A DNA stretch of 64,000 bases. Origin: Candidatus Aenigmatarchaeota archaeon (lineage in GTDB: Archaea; Aenigmatarchaeota; Aenigmatarchaeia; PWEA01; JACQIF01). The notes below the pieces were generated by a model. It saw nothing but the letters and a program-made list of their open reading frames with translations. It was not told where the DNA came from and ran no database searches. This document shows positions 55,245 to 64,000 of the stretch, piece by piece. The position numbers and the translations under genes are program-made. Position 1 is the stretch's first letter. Each line of letters opens with the position of its first letter. Where the stretch lies: positions 160,001 to 224,000 of the forward strand of contig CP066684.1 of assembly GCA_016432325.1 (NCBI GenBank). The letters run 5' to 3'.

Positions 55245-57212
55245 ATGGCAATGATAGAAATCGGTGTTTCGTTACTCGCTCTTCTTGTCGCTGGAATATT
55301 CGCGTGGAGCATCCTCAGAATGAGTCCGGGCAACGCGAAGATGGTCGAAATCTCGCGCGCAATACAGGAAGGATCGTTCGCGTACCTCAAAAGACAGTAT
55401 ACGGTTGTTTCAATATTTGCCGTCGTGCTTGCGGCCGCCCTGTGGCTCGCTCTGGGCCCGACCATCGCCATAGGATTCGTCTTCGGCGCTTTCCTTTCCG
55501 CTCTCGCAGGTTTCGTGGGTATGAACATTTCAGTGCGCGCCAACGCGCGCACGGCGCACGCCGCGCAGAACGGCCTGAACGCCGCGCTGGGTGTCGCATT
55601 CCGCGGCGGCGCAGTCACAGGGCTTAGTGTCGTGGGCCTCGGTCTTTTCGGAGTCTCTGTAATGTATATGTGGACCGGTTCCCCGCTTGCAATGGTAGGC
55701 TTTGGTTTCGGCGCGTCGTTGATTTCTCTCTTCGCCAGAGTCGGGGGCGGCATATACACGAAAGCCGCGGACGTAGGCGCAGACCTCGTGGGAAAGGTTG
55801 AGGCAGGCATACCCGAAGACGATCCAAGAAACCCCGCAGTCATAGCAGACAACGTCGGCGACAACGTCGGAGACTGCGCGGGAATGGCCGCGGACCTTTT
55901 TGAAACATACGCCGTTACGATTCTCGCTGCCATGATACTCGGCGTCTCGAAAGGCGGCGCTTACGTGACGTACCCGCTGATGCTGGGCGCGGCCGCGATC
56001 GTGGCGTCCATAATAGGAACGTTCTTTGTCAGGGCGAGCGGCAAGAAGATAATGCGCGCGCTTTACATGGGTCTGCTCGTGTCTGCGGTGCTCTCGGCGG
56101 CTGCGTTCTATTACATAACGATGACGTATTTCGCGAACGCCTCGCTCTTCTACGCGTCGCTCGCGGGCTTGGGCGTCGCCGTAGCGCTGAACTTCATAAC
56201 GGACTACTACACGTCCAAGAACTACAGGCCCGTGATAAGCATAGCAGAAGCTTCTGAAACAGGTCCGGCGACAAATCTGATAAACGGTCTCGGAATCGGT
56301 ATGAAGGCCACGGCAGCGCCTCTTCTCGTGATTGTCGCGGGAATACTGCTCTCGTACCACTTCGGCGGCGTTTACGGAATCGCTATAGCAGGAGTCGCCA
56401 TGCTCTCGCTCACAGGAATAATAGTCGCTATCGATTCGTATGGCCCGATAACAGACAACGCAGGCGGCATAGCAGAGATGGCCGGCCTGCCCAAGCGCGT
56501 GCGCGAGATTACGGACGCGCTGGACGCTGTCGGCAACACCACAAAAGCAGTCACTAAAGGATATGCGATAGGCTCGGCCGCGCTTGCGACGCTCGCGCTG
56601 TTCGTCGCGTACGTCGAGGAGGTCTCGAAGGCAGGAGGTTCCGTAACGCTTGCGCTCACCGACCCTCTTGTCGTGGCCGGACTGTTCATCGGTGCGATGA
56701 TACCGTTCCTGTTCTCATCGTACTTGATGAACGCCGTCGGAGTCGCGGCCAAGGAAGTCGTTAAAGAGGTGCGCCGCCAGTTCAGGACGATGCCTATAAT
56801 GAAGGGCAAGGCCAAGCCCGATTACGCGAGATGCGTCTCAATCGTAACGGCGTCGGCGCAGCGTGAGCTCGTTATACCGGGTCTCATCGCAGTCGCGTCG
56901 CCGATTCTCGTGGGCTTCGTGCTGGGGCCTGTCGCGCTCGGCGGCATGCTCATAGGCTGCATAATGTCAGGACTGCTTCTTGCGATACAGATGACCACAG
57001 GCGGCGCGGCGTGGGACAACGCGAAGAAGTACATAGAAGGCGGCAAGTTCGGAGGCAAGGGTTCAAATGCGCACAAGGCCGCCGTCGTTGGAGACACCGT
57101 GGGAGACCCGCTCAAGGACACTGCAGGTCCGGCGATAAATCCGCTGATAAAAGTGATGAACATCGTGGCGCTGCTGCTTGCGTCGTCGTTCGTCATGTAC
57201 TCGCTGCTGTAA
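55245..57212 (+). CDS. hppA: membrane-bound pyrophosphatase, K+-independent type
   Basis: [51 protein letters not shown]. Confidence 0.95.
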   Translation: MAMIEIGVSLLALLVAGIFAWSILRMSPGNAKMVEISRAIQEGSFAYLKRQYTVVSIFAVVLAAALWLALGPTIAIGFVFGAFLSALAGFVGMNISVRANARTAHAAQNGLNAALGVAFRGGAVTGLSVVGLGLFGVSVMYMWTGSPLAMVGFGFGASLISLFARVGGGIYTKAADVGADLVGKVEAGIPEDDPRNPAVIADNVGDNVGDCAGMAADLFETYAVTILAAMILGVSKGGAYVTYPLMLGAAAIVASIIGTFFVRASGKKIMRALYMGLLVSAVLSAAAFYYITMTYFANASLFYASLAGLGVAVALNFITDYYTSKNYRPVISIAEASETGPATNLINGLGIGMKATAAPLLVIVAGILLSYHFGGVYGIAIAGVAMLSLTGIIVAIDSYGPITDNAGGIAEMAGLPKRVREITDALDAVGNTTKAVTKGYAIGSAALATLALFVAYVEEVSKAGGSVTLALTDPLVVAGLFIGAMIPFLFSSYLMNAVGVAAKEVVKEVRRQFRTMPIMKGKAKPDYARCVSIVTASAQRELVIPGLIAVASPILVGFVLGPVALGGMLIGCIMSGLLLAIQMTTGGAAWDNAKKYIEGGKFGGKGSNAHKAAVVGDTVGDPLKDTAGPAINPLIKVMNIVALLLASSFVMYSLL

Positions 57213-57247
57213 AAAGGCTTTAAAAACCCCCGCGCCAAATCCGGTTC

Positions 57248-57751
57248 ATGGCGTTCGAGCGCACGAGAGCCTCTGTCGACAGAAAACTCGAAGCCTTGGG
57301 CCTGAGTGCCAAGTATAAGATGTACAGGCTTGGAAGAGGCGAGAGTTGGTGTTCTGAAAGAAGGCGCGTTTTGCACATCAACCAACGGGACGCGGATTCA
57401 AGAATGATGGCCCGGCAAAGCATCGACCATGTCGTCCTGCACGAACTCGGGCACGTATTCTCATACGAAAACAAGGCAAAACTTGGGCGCAACGCAAAGG
57501 CGCGCCGTCTGTTCGGCAACATATACAAACATTACAGGCGCAACATGAAACCGAAGCGCAACAGCCCGGACTTCATCTCCACCTACGCGCAGGTCCATCC
57601 GGCGGACAACTTCGCCGAAGTGTTCGGCGTTTACGTCCACTTCGGGGGAGACATGAAGAAGGTAGGGAAGTTCCTGCGTTCCGGGGGAAAGAGCGGCGTT
57701 GTCATGAAACAGTTCAGATGGCTTGCCGGATTCGTGAAACAGGCCGGATAA
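57248..57751 (+). CDS. putative zinc metallopeptidase
   Basis: HELGH, FISTYAQVHP.DNFAE. Confidence 0.7.
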   Translation: MAFERTRASVDRKLEALGLSAKYKMYRLGRGESWCSERRRVLHINQRDADSRMMARQSIDHVVLHELGHVFSYENKAKLGRNAKARRLFGNIYKHYRRNMKPKRNSPDFISTYAQVHPADNFAEVFGVYVHFGGDMKKVGKFLRSGGKSGVVMKQFRWLAGFVKQAG

Positions 57752-57784
57752 CATGTTTTTAAACAGGCCCGGCAAAGCTTGTTC

Positions 57785-58936
57785 ATGGCTTTCGACGTCG
57801 TCGTTCTGGGGGCCACCGGAATTCAGGGAAGGATATCCACCAGAGACCTGCTCGAGAGCGGCTACTCCGTCCTGATGTGCGGACGCGACAGGAAACGGAT
57901 TGAGCATCTGCTCAAGAAATACGGCAAGACGGCCTTCGAATACGTGGACCTGAGACTGATAAACTACACTACAAGCGTCATCAAGAAGTCCGGCGCGTCT
58001 GTCGTGCTCAACTGCGCGGAAGGGGACTGGAACCTTCATGCGCTCAAGGCTTGCATGAAGGCGAAGGCGCACTGCCTGGACCTCGGTTCTGAGATTGGGA
58101 TGACCAAGAGCCAGTTCGCTCTCCATGACAAACTCGTCAAGCTCGGCCTCGTGTCGATAACAGGCTGCGGCTCCACGCCTGGAATCAACAACGTCATGCT
58201 CCGCTACGCGGCGCAGAAGCTCGACCGCGTGCACAGCGTGGATGTCGGCTTCGCATGGTCGTCCAATATGGAAACGTTTGTCGTCCCGTTCTCGATAAGG
58301 AGCATTCTCGGAGAGTTCATCGAGCCGGCCACACTTTTAAAGAACGGCAGATTCGTGCACGTAAAGCCGAGGGACGTCTTCATCGAACAGAACTGCAGGG
58401 ACGTTGGCGTGCAGAAATCCTTCTTCGTCAAACACCCCGAGGTATACACGTTCTACAGGTTCCTCAAGAGCCGCGGCCTGAGAAACTCGCGCGTGTTCGC
58501 GGGCTTCCCAGAACATTCCTACAGGAAGATAATGGATTTGATAGAGCTGGGCATCGAATCCAAGAAGAAGATCGTCGTTGAAGGCAAGGACATCAAAACG
58601 GCTGACTTCCTGGCTGAGCTTCTGAAGGAACTCAAGATACCCAAGGGCTACAGAGAGAAGGAGAACCTCTGGCTCAAGGTTACGGGCACTCATAGAGGCA
58701 AGGAGAAAACAATACACATGGAGTGCGTCGTCTCCACGCTCAAGGGGTGGGAGGACGCCACGTGCAACGTCGACACAGGAATGCCCGCTTCTGTAATGGC
58801 GCAGATGGTCCTTGACGGAACGATAAAGGAAAGGGGTTCGTACGCCCCTGAAATGGTAGTGCCTCCGAAACCTTTCTTCAGGGAGCTGGCCAAGCGCAAG
58901 ATGGCGGTCTACGAGAACGGCAAGCGGATAAACTGA
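57785..58936 (+). CDS. saccharopine dehydrogenase family protein
   Basis: VLGATGIQG, DLG, GCGSTPG..N, HPE, APE. Confidence 0.85.
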   Translation: MAFDVVVLGATGIQGRISTRDLLESGYSVLMCGRDRKRIEHLLKKYGKTAFEYVDLRLINYTTSVIKKSGASVVLNCAEGDWNLHALKACMKAKAHCLDLGSEIGMTKSQFALHDKLVKLGLVSITGCGSTPGINNVMLRYAAQKLDRVHSVDVGFAWSSNMETFVVPFSIRSILGEFIEPATLLKNGRFVHVKPRDVFIEQNCRDVGVQKSFFVKHPEVYTFYRFLKSRGLRNSRVFAGFPEHSYRKIMDLIELGIESKKKIVVEGKDIKTADFLAELLKELKIPKGYREKENLWLKVTGTHRGKEKTIHMECVVSTLKGWEDATCNVDTGMPASVMAQMVLDGTIKERGSYAPEMVVPPKPFFRELAKRKMAVYENGKRIN

Positions 58937-58969
58937 ATCTTAATATAGATTGCTCCTGCCGATACAATC

Positions 58970-59986
58970 ATGCTCTGCCTCGGTATCGAATCAACGGCCC
59001 ACACGTTTGGAGTCGGCTTTGTCAGCGAACGCAAAGGCAAGTCCGAAATCCTCGGCGGCCACAAGGAGATGTACGTCCCCCCGAAAGGCAGCGGAATCCA
59101 TCCTCGCGAAGCCGCAGACCACCACGCGGAGCTGTGTGCGGACGTGCTGCAAAGGGCTCTGGAAAATGCAAACGTGCGTCTGGATGACGTCAACGTAGTT
59201 GCGTACAGCCAAGGACCCGGACTGCCTCCGTGCCTGCGCGTTGGCGCCACTTTCGCGCGCATGCTCGCCGCGCGTTTGAAGAAACCGTTAGTCGGAGCGA
59301 ACCACTGCATTGCGCACATTGAGATTGGCAAGCTCACGACAGGCGCAGAAGACGCCGTGGTCGTGTACGTCTCCGGAGGCAACACGCAAGTCATCGCTTA
59401 CGCAGAAGGAAGATACCGCATCTTCGGGGAAACGGAAGACGTTGCGATAGGCAACGCGCTGGACACGTTCGCGCGCGCGGCCGGGCTGCAGGAACCAGGC
59501 GGCCCAAAGATAGAGGCTCTCGCGAAAGGCGGGGCGTACATAGAGCTTCCGTACGTCGTCAAGGGCATGGACCTGTCTTTCGCAGGGCTGATAACCGAGG
59601 CAGAGAAAAGATTGAAGCGCGGCGCCCGTCTGGAAGACCTCTGCTTCTCTTTGCAGGAAACGTGCTTTGCGATGCTCACGGAAGTAACTGAACGCGCTCT
59701 CGCCCATACAGGGAAGAACGAAGTGTTGCTTACCGGAGGAGTCGCGTCGAACAGGCGCCTTATAGAGATGTTGCAAACAATGTGCGGCGAGAGAGGCGCA
59801 ACTCTTCGCGTAGTCGAACGCGCTTATTCTGGAGACAACGGAGTAATGATAGCGTACGCCGGACTGCTCGCGTACAAGGCAAGGCAGATTCTCAAACCGA
59901 AAAACAGCAAGATAATACAGATGTGGCGCACGGACGAAGTCGAGTGCGGATGGCTATCAGAAAAGGCCAAGAGCGAGCACGATTAG
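58970..59986 (+). CDS. kae1: KEOPS t6A transferase Kae1
   Basis: GIESTAHT, GIHPRE, HCIAHIE, SGGNT, GGV..N, DNG.MI. Confidence 0.96.
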   Translation: MLCLGIESTAHTFGVGFVSERKGKSEILGGHKEMYVPPKGSGIHPREAADHHAELCADVLQRALENANVRLDDVNVVAYSQGPGLPPCLRVGATFARMLAARLKKPLVGANHCIAHIEIGKLTTGAEDAVVVYVSGGNTQVIAYAEGRYRIFGETEDVAIGNALDTFARAAGLQEPGGPKIEALAKGGAYIELPYVVKGMDLSFAGLITEAEKRLKRGARLEDLCFSLQETCFAMLTEVTERALAHTGKNEVLLTGGVASNRRLIEMLQTMCGERGATLRVVERAYSGDNGVMIAYAGLLAYKARQILKPKNSKIIQMWRTDEVECGWLSEKAKSEHD

Positions 59987-60223
59987 AAGCACAACGACAA
60001 TGAATGCCGCCACGTACACCAATGCGTCTATATGCGCGGGCACGGAGACCGGCTTCTGCGGAACTCCGATGGGTTTTCTTACAGGCATCTTTGAAGCTTC
60101 CTTCTCGTCGAGAAACATGAACGGCCCTGTTGAACCGCAGTTCTTGCATTTCATCGTTTCGTTATCGACGGCGACGTCGCTGCTGTGGCAAGAACCGCAG
60201 ACGTTCACTCGAGCCATGCCCAT
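59957..60223 (-). CDS. zinc-ribbon protein with C-terminal TM helix
   Basis: CGSC...CKNCG; hydrophobic C-term; TATA-like upstream. Confidence 0.7.
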   Translation of the reverse strand: MGMARVNVCGSCHSSDVAVDNETMKCKNCGSTGPFMFLDEKEASKMPVRKPIGVPQKPVSVPAHIDALVYVAAFIVVVLLIVLALGLF

Positions 60224-60367
60224 AGGTTGTGTTTCGAAAGGCTTTAAGGTCGCGTCGATGAGGATTATATCGATTGTTACGAAATAAACAAATGAGCTAA
60301 ACGTATGTTCAACAGATGACGACGAAAGGTATTTATTCGTCCACTTGCATAATGTGCATAGGAACTG

Positions 60368-60733
60368 GTGAGCAAAACGAGGACACGGGTACCATTGACG
60401 AACGGACAAGCCTGCGCAGAGGTTTTTGCATTCACGGCCAACGAGGGCAAGCTGCGCGAGAGCGTCGGGCTTGAACGCTACGGAGAACTCGACAGAAACG
60501 GTTACGTTGAATTCATGAACACAGGCCGCATCGCCTGGTATATGGAAAGGTTTGAAGGCGGCATGTATGCGGTCTACGCCGTGAGTTCTCTTCACACTTC
60601 TGACGACGACTCGTGCGAAGACACCAAGCTGTCTATGGAACTGGACGACGGCTTCAAGGCGATGCGAACGAAACTAACGCCGTTCGCATCCAACATGGCG
60701 TCGTGGCGCGTCAAGGGAGGCGTCAAGAGATGA
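60368..60733 (+). CDS. hypothetical protein
   Basis: GTG-start ORF; TATTTA upstream. Confidence 0.55.
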   Translation: MSKTRTRVPLTNGQACAEVFAFTANEGKLRESVGLERYGELDRNGYVEFMNTGRIAWYMERFEGGMYAVYAVSSLHTSDDDSCEDTKLSMELDDGFKAMRTKLTPFASNMASWRVKGGVKR

Positions 60734-60993
60734 GCGGGTTCAAACGGCATGAGAACGCATACCCGCGCGTGCCTTTGGTGGATGACGAGATCGACAGGAT
60801 GAGGCACGAGGAACTGTTCGAGCCAATCGGTCCCGATGACGAGGTTACAGAAATGATGGCGATCGAAATGGAGTCTCTGAAAGACATGAAAAGGACCATG
60901 GATAAAATAAGACACAACGTCAGAGCGTACGAACTGCAACAGCGGGATTACACTACTATCGGGGGCGAAGAAGGCGAGCGCGCGTCTACTTGA
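60730..60993 (+). CDS. hypothetical acidic protein
   Basis: ATGA overlap with the previous ORF. Confidence 0.5.
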   Translation: MSGFKRHENAYPRVPLVDDEIDRMRHEELFEPIGPDDEVTEMMAIEMESLKDMKRTMDKIRHNVRAYELQQRDYTTIGGEEGERAST

Positions 60994-61432
60994 TATCTAT
61001 CTTCGGCGAGTCCTTGTAGACGTTCGTGACGACCTGCGTTATCGTTTTCGTGACGAAGTTCTTTGCTAGCAAGCGCTCCTTGACGAACGACTGCATCTCC
61101 TTCATGTCGCGGAACGCTCCTATCAGCACGACGTCCGTATCGCCCGTAACTTCGTAAACAAGCTTGATGTTATCGAACTTGGAAACGTCTTCCTCCAGTC
61201 GCTTGAGACCCGCGCCTTCTGCGATGACTCCTATGATCGCCGTGATTCCATAACCGAGCTTCTCGTAGTTGATGTCCGCGCAGTAGCCCTTAAGAATTCC
61301 CGCTTTTTCCATGTTGCGCACGCGGTTTATGACCGTGACGGGCGTCGCGCCCACTTCCTTCGAAATCTCGCGGAAGGAGCGGCGACAGTCCTTCTGCATT
61401 ACTCTCAGAATCTTCTTGTCCAACTCGTCCAC
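60986..61432 (-). CDS. Lrp/AsnC family transcriptional regulator
   Basis: MDELDKKIL..D.R.S..EI, RV..ME..GI, YEVTG..D. Confidence 0.93.
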   Translation of the reverse strand: MDELDKKILRVMQKDCRRSFREISKEVGATPVTVINRVRNMEKAGILKGYCADINYEKLGYGITAIIGVIAEGAGLKRLEEDVSKFDNIKLVYEVTGDTDVVLIGAFRDMKEMQSFVKERLLAKNFVTKTITQVVTNVYKDSPKIDIK

Positions 61433-61598
61433 ACCAACACCCCGCGATTAAACGATTGTTTGACCGTACGAAATACGAATGAACAGGTATTTAAAAGCTA
61501 CGTTGCAGTGGACCTAATGATTTGGGGGTACTATAAATAACTTGGCGCGTACGGATGGACGTTTTAAGTAAGGAGCGCGTATTCTAAGCGGTGTGCGA

Positions 61599-62210
61599 AT
61601 GGAGCAGATAGCAAGAGGCGCGGAGGCCGTTCTTTACAGAAAAGATAACGAATTGGTCAAGGCGCGCATCGAAAAGGGCTACAGGCTGCGCGAACTGGAC
61701 GCGAAGTTGCGAACCGAGCGCACGAAGACAGAGGCGCGCCTGATGGACGCGGCGCGACGCGCTGGCGTTCCCGTTCCCATGATACGCGAGGTGCGCGAGT
61801 CCACGCTGAAGATGGACTTTCTGGAAGGCGAACGCCTGAGGGACGCGATAGACCTCGTGGATTCAAAACAACGCATCATCATTGCCAACACGATAGGCCG
61901 GCACGTGGGCAGGCTTCACAGAAACGGAATAGTCCACGGGGACCTGACGACAAGCAACATGATAATGCACGAAGGCCGCGTCTACTTCATCGATTTCGGG
62001 CTGGGAACGTTCTCCACGTCCGTGGAAGACCGTGCCGTTGATTTGTACCTTCTTCACAACGCTTTGAAGAGCACTCACTACAAAAATCTGAAACCGTTGT
62101 GGGCCAACATAACAAAAGGCTACAAGAAGGAATTCAATGAAGGCGCGCGCGTGCTGGACAGACTGAAGAAGGTCGAGGTGCGCGGCAGATACGCGAGGCG
62201 GCTGGGATGA
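61599..62210 (+). CDS. bud32: KEOPS kinase Bud32
   Basis: GAEA, K.YR..LD, HGDLTTSN, IDFGL, EDRAVD, RGRY. Confidence 0.95.
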   Translation: MEQIARGAEAVLYRKDNELVKARIEKGYRLRELDAKLRTERTKTEARLMDAARRAGVPVPMIREVRESTLKMDFLEGERLRDAIDLVDSKQRIIIANTIGRHVGRLHRNGIVHGDLTTSNMIMHEGRVYFIDFGLGTFSTSVEDRAVDLYLLHNALKSTHYKNLKPLWANITKGYKKEFNEGARVLDRLKKVEVRGRYARRLG

Positions 62211-62536
62211 AGGCTAACGCAACCGTTGGATTGATAGTATTCGGGGTCTTGTTTCTCATCGTAGGCTATCTTGTCGTTGGCCAGGCCCTCGTCAACCTCG
62301 GGGCAGGAGGCGACCCGAAGTACTGCACGACAGACGAAGACTGCGTGCCGGACGGATGCTGCCATCCGACAGACGCGGTGAACAAGGCGTACGCGCCCGA
62401 TTGCTCTGGAACGTACTGCACTGCCGTATGCGCGCCCGGTACGCTCGACTGCAACCAAGGACGCATCGCGTGCGTTGCGAACCGCTGCACGGCGATTATA
62501 AATAACCCGATAGACCAGCAGGAAGTGGTTTCATGA
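62207..62536 (+). CDS. membrane-anchored Cys-rich (8-Cys) protein
   Basis: TM, then CTTDEDCVPDGCCHP..C...CT..C....C....C....C. Confidence 0.75.
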   Translation: MKANATVGLIVFGVLFLIVGYLVVGQALVNLGAGGDPKYCTTDEDCVPDGCCHPTDAVNKAYAPDCSGTYCTAVCAPGTLDCNQGRIACVANRCTAIINNPIDQQEVVS

Positions 62537-62919
62537 AGAACTGGTTCAGGATAAAAGGAGAGACGCTGGCCGACACCATTGAAAACGTTTCCTCCCTGCT
62601 TATTGCAGTGTCTGCAATTTTCATCTTCTTCGGCATCGCTGTCGGAACGTTCGTACCGGGCATCCCTGTCGCCGTGGCCATAACAGGAGCTCTCACCGCG
62701 ATTCTCGGCGTAGGGCTGTACGTATTGGGAGAACTGTCCCGCGTGGAAGGCTCTTACCTTATATTATCCGCGGCAGGGGGATTGACGATATTCGTGTCCA
62801 TCCTCCAACTGCTGGGAGTCGTCGCGCTCTTCCCCGGATTCGTCAGGGAAGCCATCGCCATCGGGGCCATACTCCTGCTTTCTGGAGCAGTTGCGCGTGC
62901 GGCGGAGAACCGCAAGTGA
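62533..62919 (+). CDS. hypothetical 4-TM membrane protein
   Basis: ATGA overlap; hydrophobic. Confidence 0.65.
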   Translation: MKNWFRIKGETLADTIENVSSLLIAVSAIFIFFGIAVGTFVPGIPVAVAITGALTAILGVGLYVLGELSRVEGSYLILSAAGGLTIFVSILQLLGVVALFPGFVREAIAIGAILLLSGAVARAAENRK

Positions 62920-64000
62920 TCAACGCCAGTCAGACCATGCGTTCGTCGCCTTCTCTGACTTGCCGCCGCCTTTGTATGTTTTCCATTCCCTGTCCAGACC
63001 TTCAGGCGCGCACGTCCTGCACTTCGCAATGACGCGTTCCTTTGCGATGCGCAACGCCGCCGCGCGCGGATCGATGCGCAGCTCGTGCGCGTCATCAAGA
63101 ACGAGCTTGGCGTTCTTCACTATCGTGTTTTCAACGCGCCTGAACATCTCCTTGTCCGTGCCTCCTATGTACTCAATATACGAAGAGATGACGCCGCCTG
63201 CATTCGCAACGAAGTCAGGGACGAACAAGACGCCGCGCTTGAACAACGCGAGTTCCGTTTCGTAGGTCATCGGAATATTCGAGCCTTCAACGATGAGCTT
63301 TGCTTTTACTTTGCCAGCGTTCTTCTTGTTGATTAGGTCGGGGATGGCCGCAGTGACGAGGATATCGACATCCGCCCCGACAATATTTTGCGCGGGCAGT
63401 GTCTTGCATTTCGGGTAGGCCGTGACAGTACCTTTGGTTTTCTTTATGTCTGCCAGGCGTGCGAAGTCCATTCCCCCTTTCAGGTATGCAACGCCTTTCG
63501 AGTCTGAAACCGCGACGAGCTTTGCGCCGGCCTCTGCGGCGAACTTTGCCACGAACCAGCCGACGTTGCCGAAGCCTTCTATCGCTATGGTAGCGCCTTT
63601 CAGGTCCAGCCTCATGTCCTTTGCCGCAACGCGAAGCGCGTGAAAAACCCCGAAACCCGTGCTGCCCAGTTCGTGGGGTATTCCGCCCATCTCCCTCGGC
63701 TTGCCTGTGCACGCGCGGGGCGTTCCGACTGCCTCGGCGAGCTGGCCCATCTCTCGTTCCGTGGTGTTGATGTCAGGCCCGGCGACGTACATGGAAGGGC
63801 ATATCGGCTTTATCGCCTCGCCGAACGCGCGTATCAACGCCTCCTTTTTCTGCGGCGTCATGCCAACGGGCATCTGTATGCCTGCTTTCCCGCCGCCGAA
63901 AGGCAGTTCGGCCATCGCGTTTTTCCATGTCATCGTCCGCGCGAGTTTGGAAACCTCCTCCACGCTGACCGTGGGCGTCATGCGTATGCCGCCTTTTGCC
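62920..64000 (-). CDS. Glu/Leu/Phe/Val dehydrogenase, 5' end outside window
   Basis: KGGIR, GGGK, GPD, GFGNVG, EGSN, PDFVANAGGV. Confidence 0.92.
   Translation of the reverse strand, partial: AKGGIRMTPTVSVEEVSKLARTMTWKNAMAELPFGGGKAGIQMPVGMTPQKKEALIRAFGEAIKPICPSMYVAGPDINTTEREMGQLAEAVGTPRACTGKPREMGGIPHELGSTGFGVFHALRVAAKDMRLDLKGATIAIEGFGNVGWFVAKFAAEAGAKLVAVSDSKGVAYLKGGMDFARLADIKKTKGTVTAYPKCKTLPAQNIVGADVDILVTAAIPDLINKKNAGKVKAKLIVEGSNIPMTYETELALFKRGVLFVPDFVANAGGVISSYIEYIGGTDKEMFRRVENTIVKNAKLVLDDAHELRIDPRAAALRIAKERVIAKCRTCAPEGLDREWKTYKGGGKSEKATNAWSDWR

Overview
GC-rich, gene-dense archaeal chromosome segment, most likely DPANN (possibly Aenigmarchaeota-like). The assignment is inferred from the fused PriS-PriL primase, archaeal information-processing genes, TATA-box promoters and many leaderless genes. 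It carries about 90 CDSs, mostly housekeeping: GINS, primase, split Hef helicase and XPF nuclease, dph5, trm5, trmY, pus10, kae1, bud32, cysS, rpl21e-rpo4, rnp4-rps19e-rpl39e-rpl31e-rps27ae, purB/purN/purL/purQ, a P-type ATPase, cation antiporters, an H+-PPase and a glutamate dehydrogenase. Several microproteins (under 60 aa) are missing from the ORF track. RNA genes read directly from the sequence are an SRP RNA apparently lacking helix 6, tRNA-Cys(GCA) with 1 intron, tRNA-Trp(CCA) with 2 introns and tRNA-Gly(TCC) with 3 introns. Two leads stand out. (1) An AT-rich island right after tRNA-Trp encodes a TIR-domain protein translationally coupled to a protein with an HK97 capsid-like sequence pattern, a candidate antiviral module. 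(2) Short hairpin-rich insertions occur in tRNA genes, in mRNA leaders and in-frame next to the KMSKS motif of cysS, suggesting a palindromic-element or mRNA-intron family. All calls are by eye; no searches were run.
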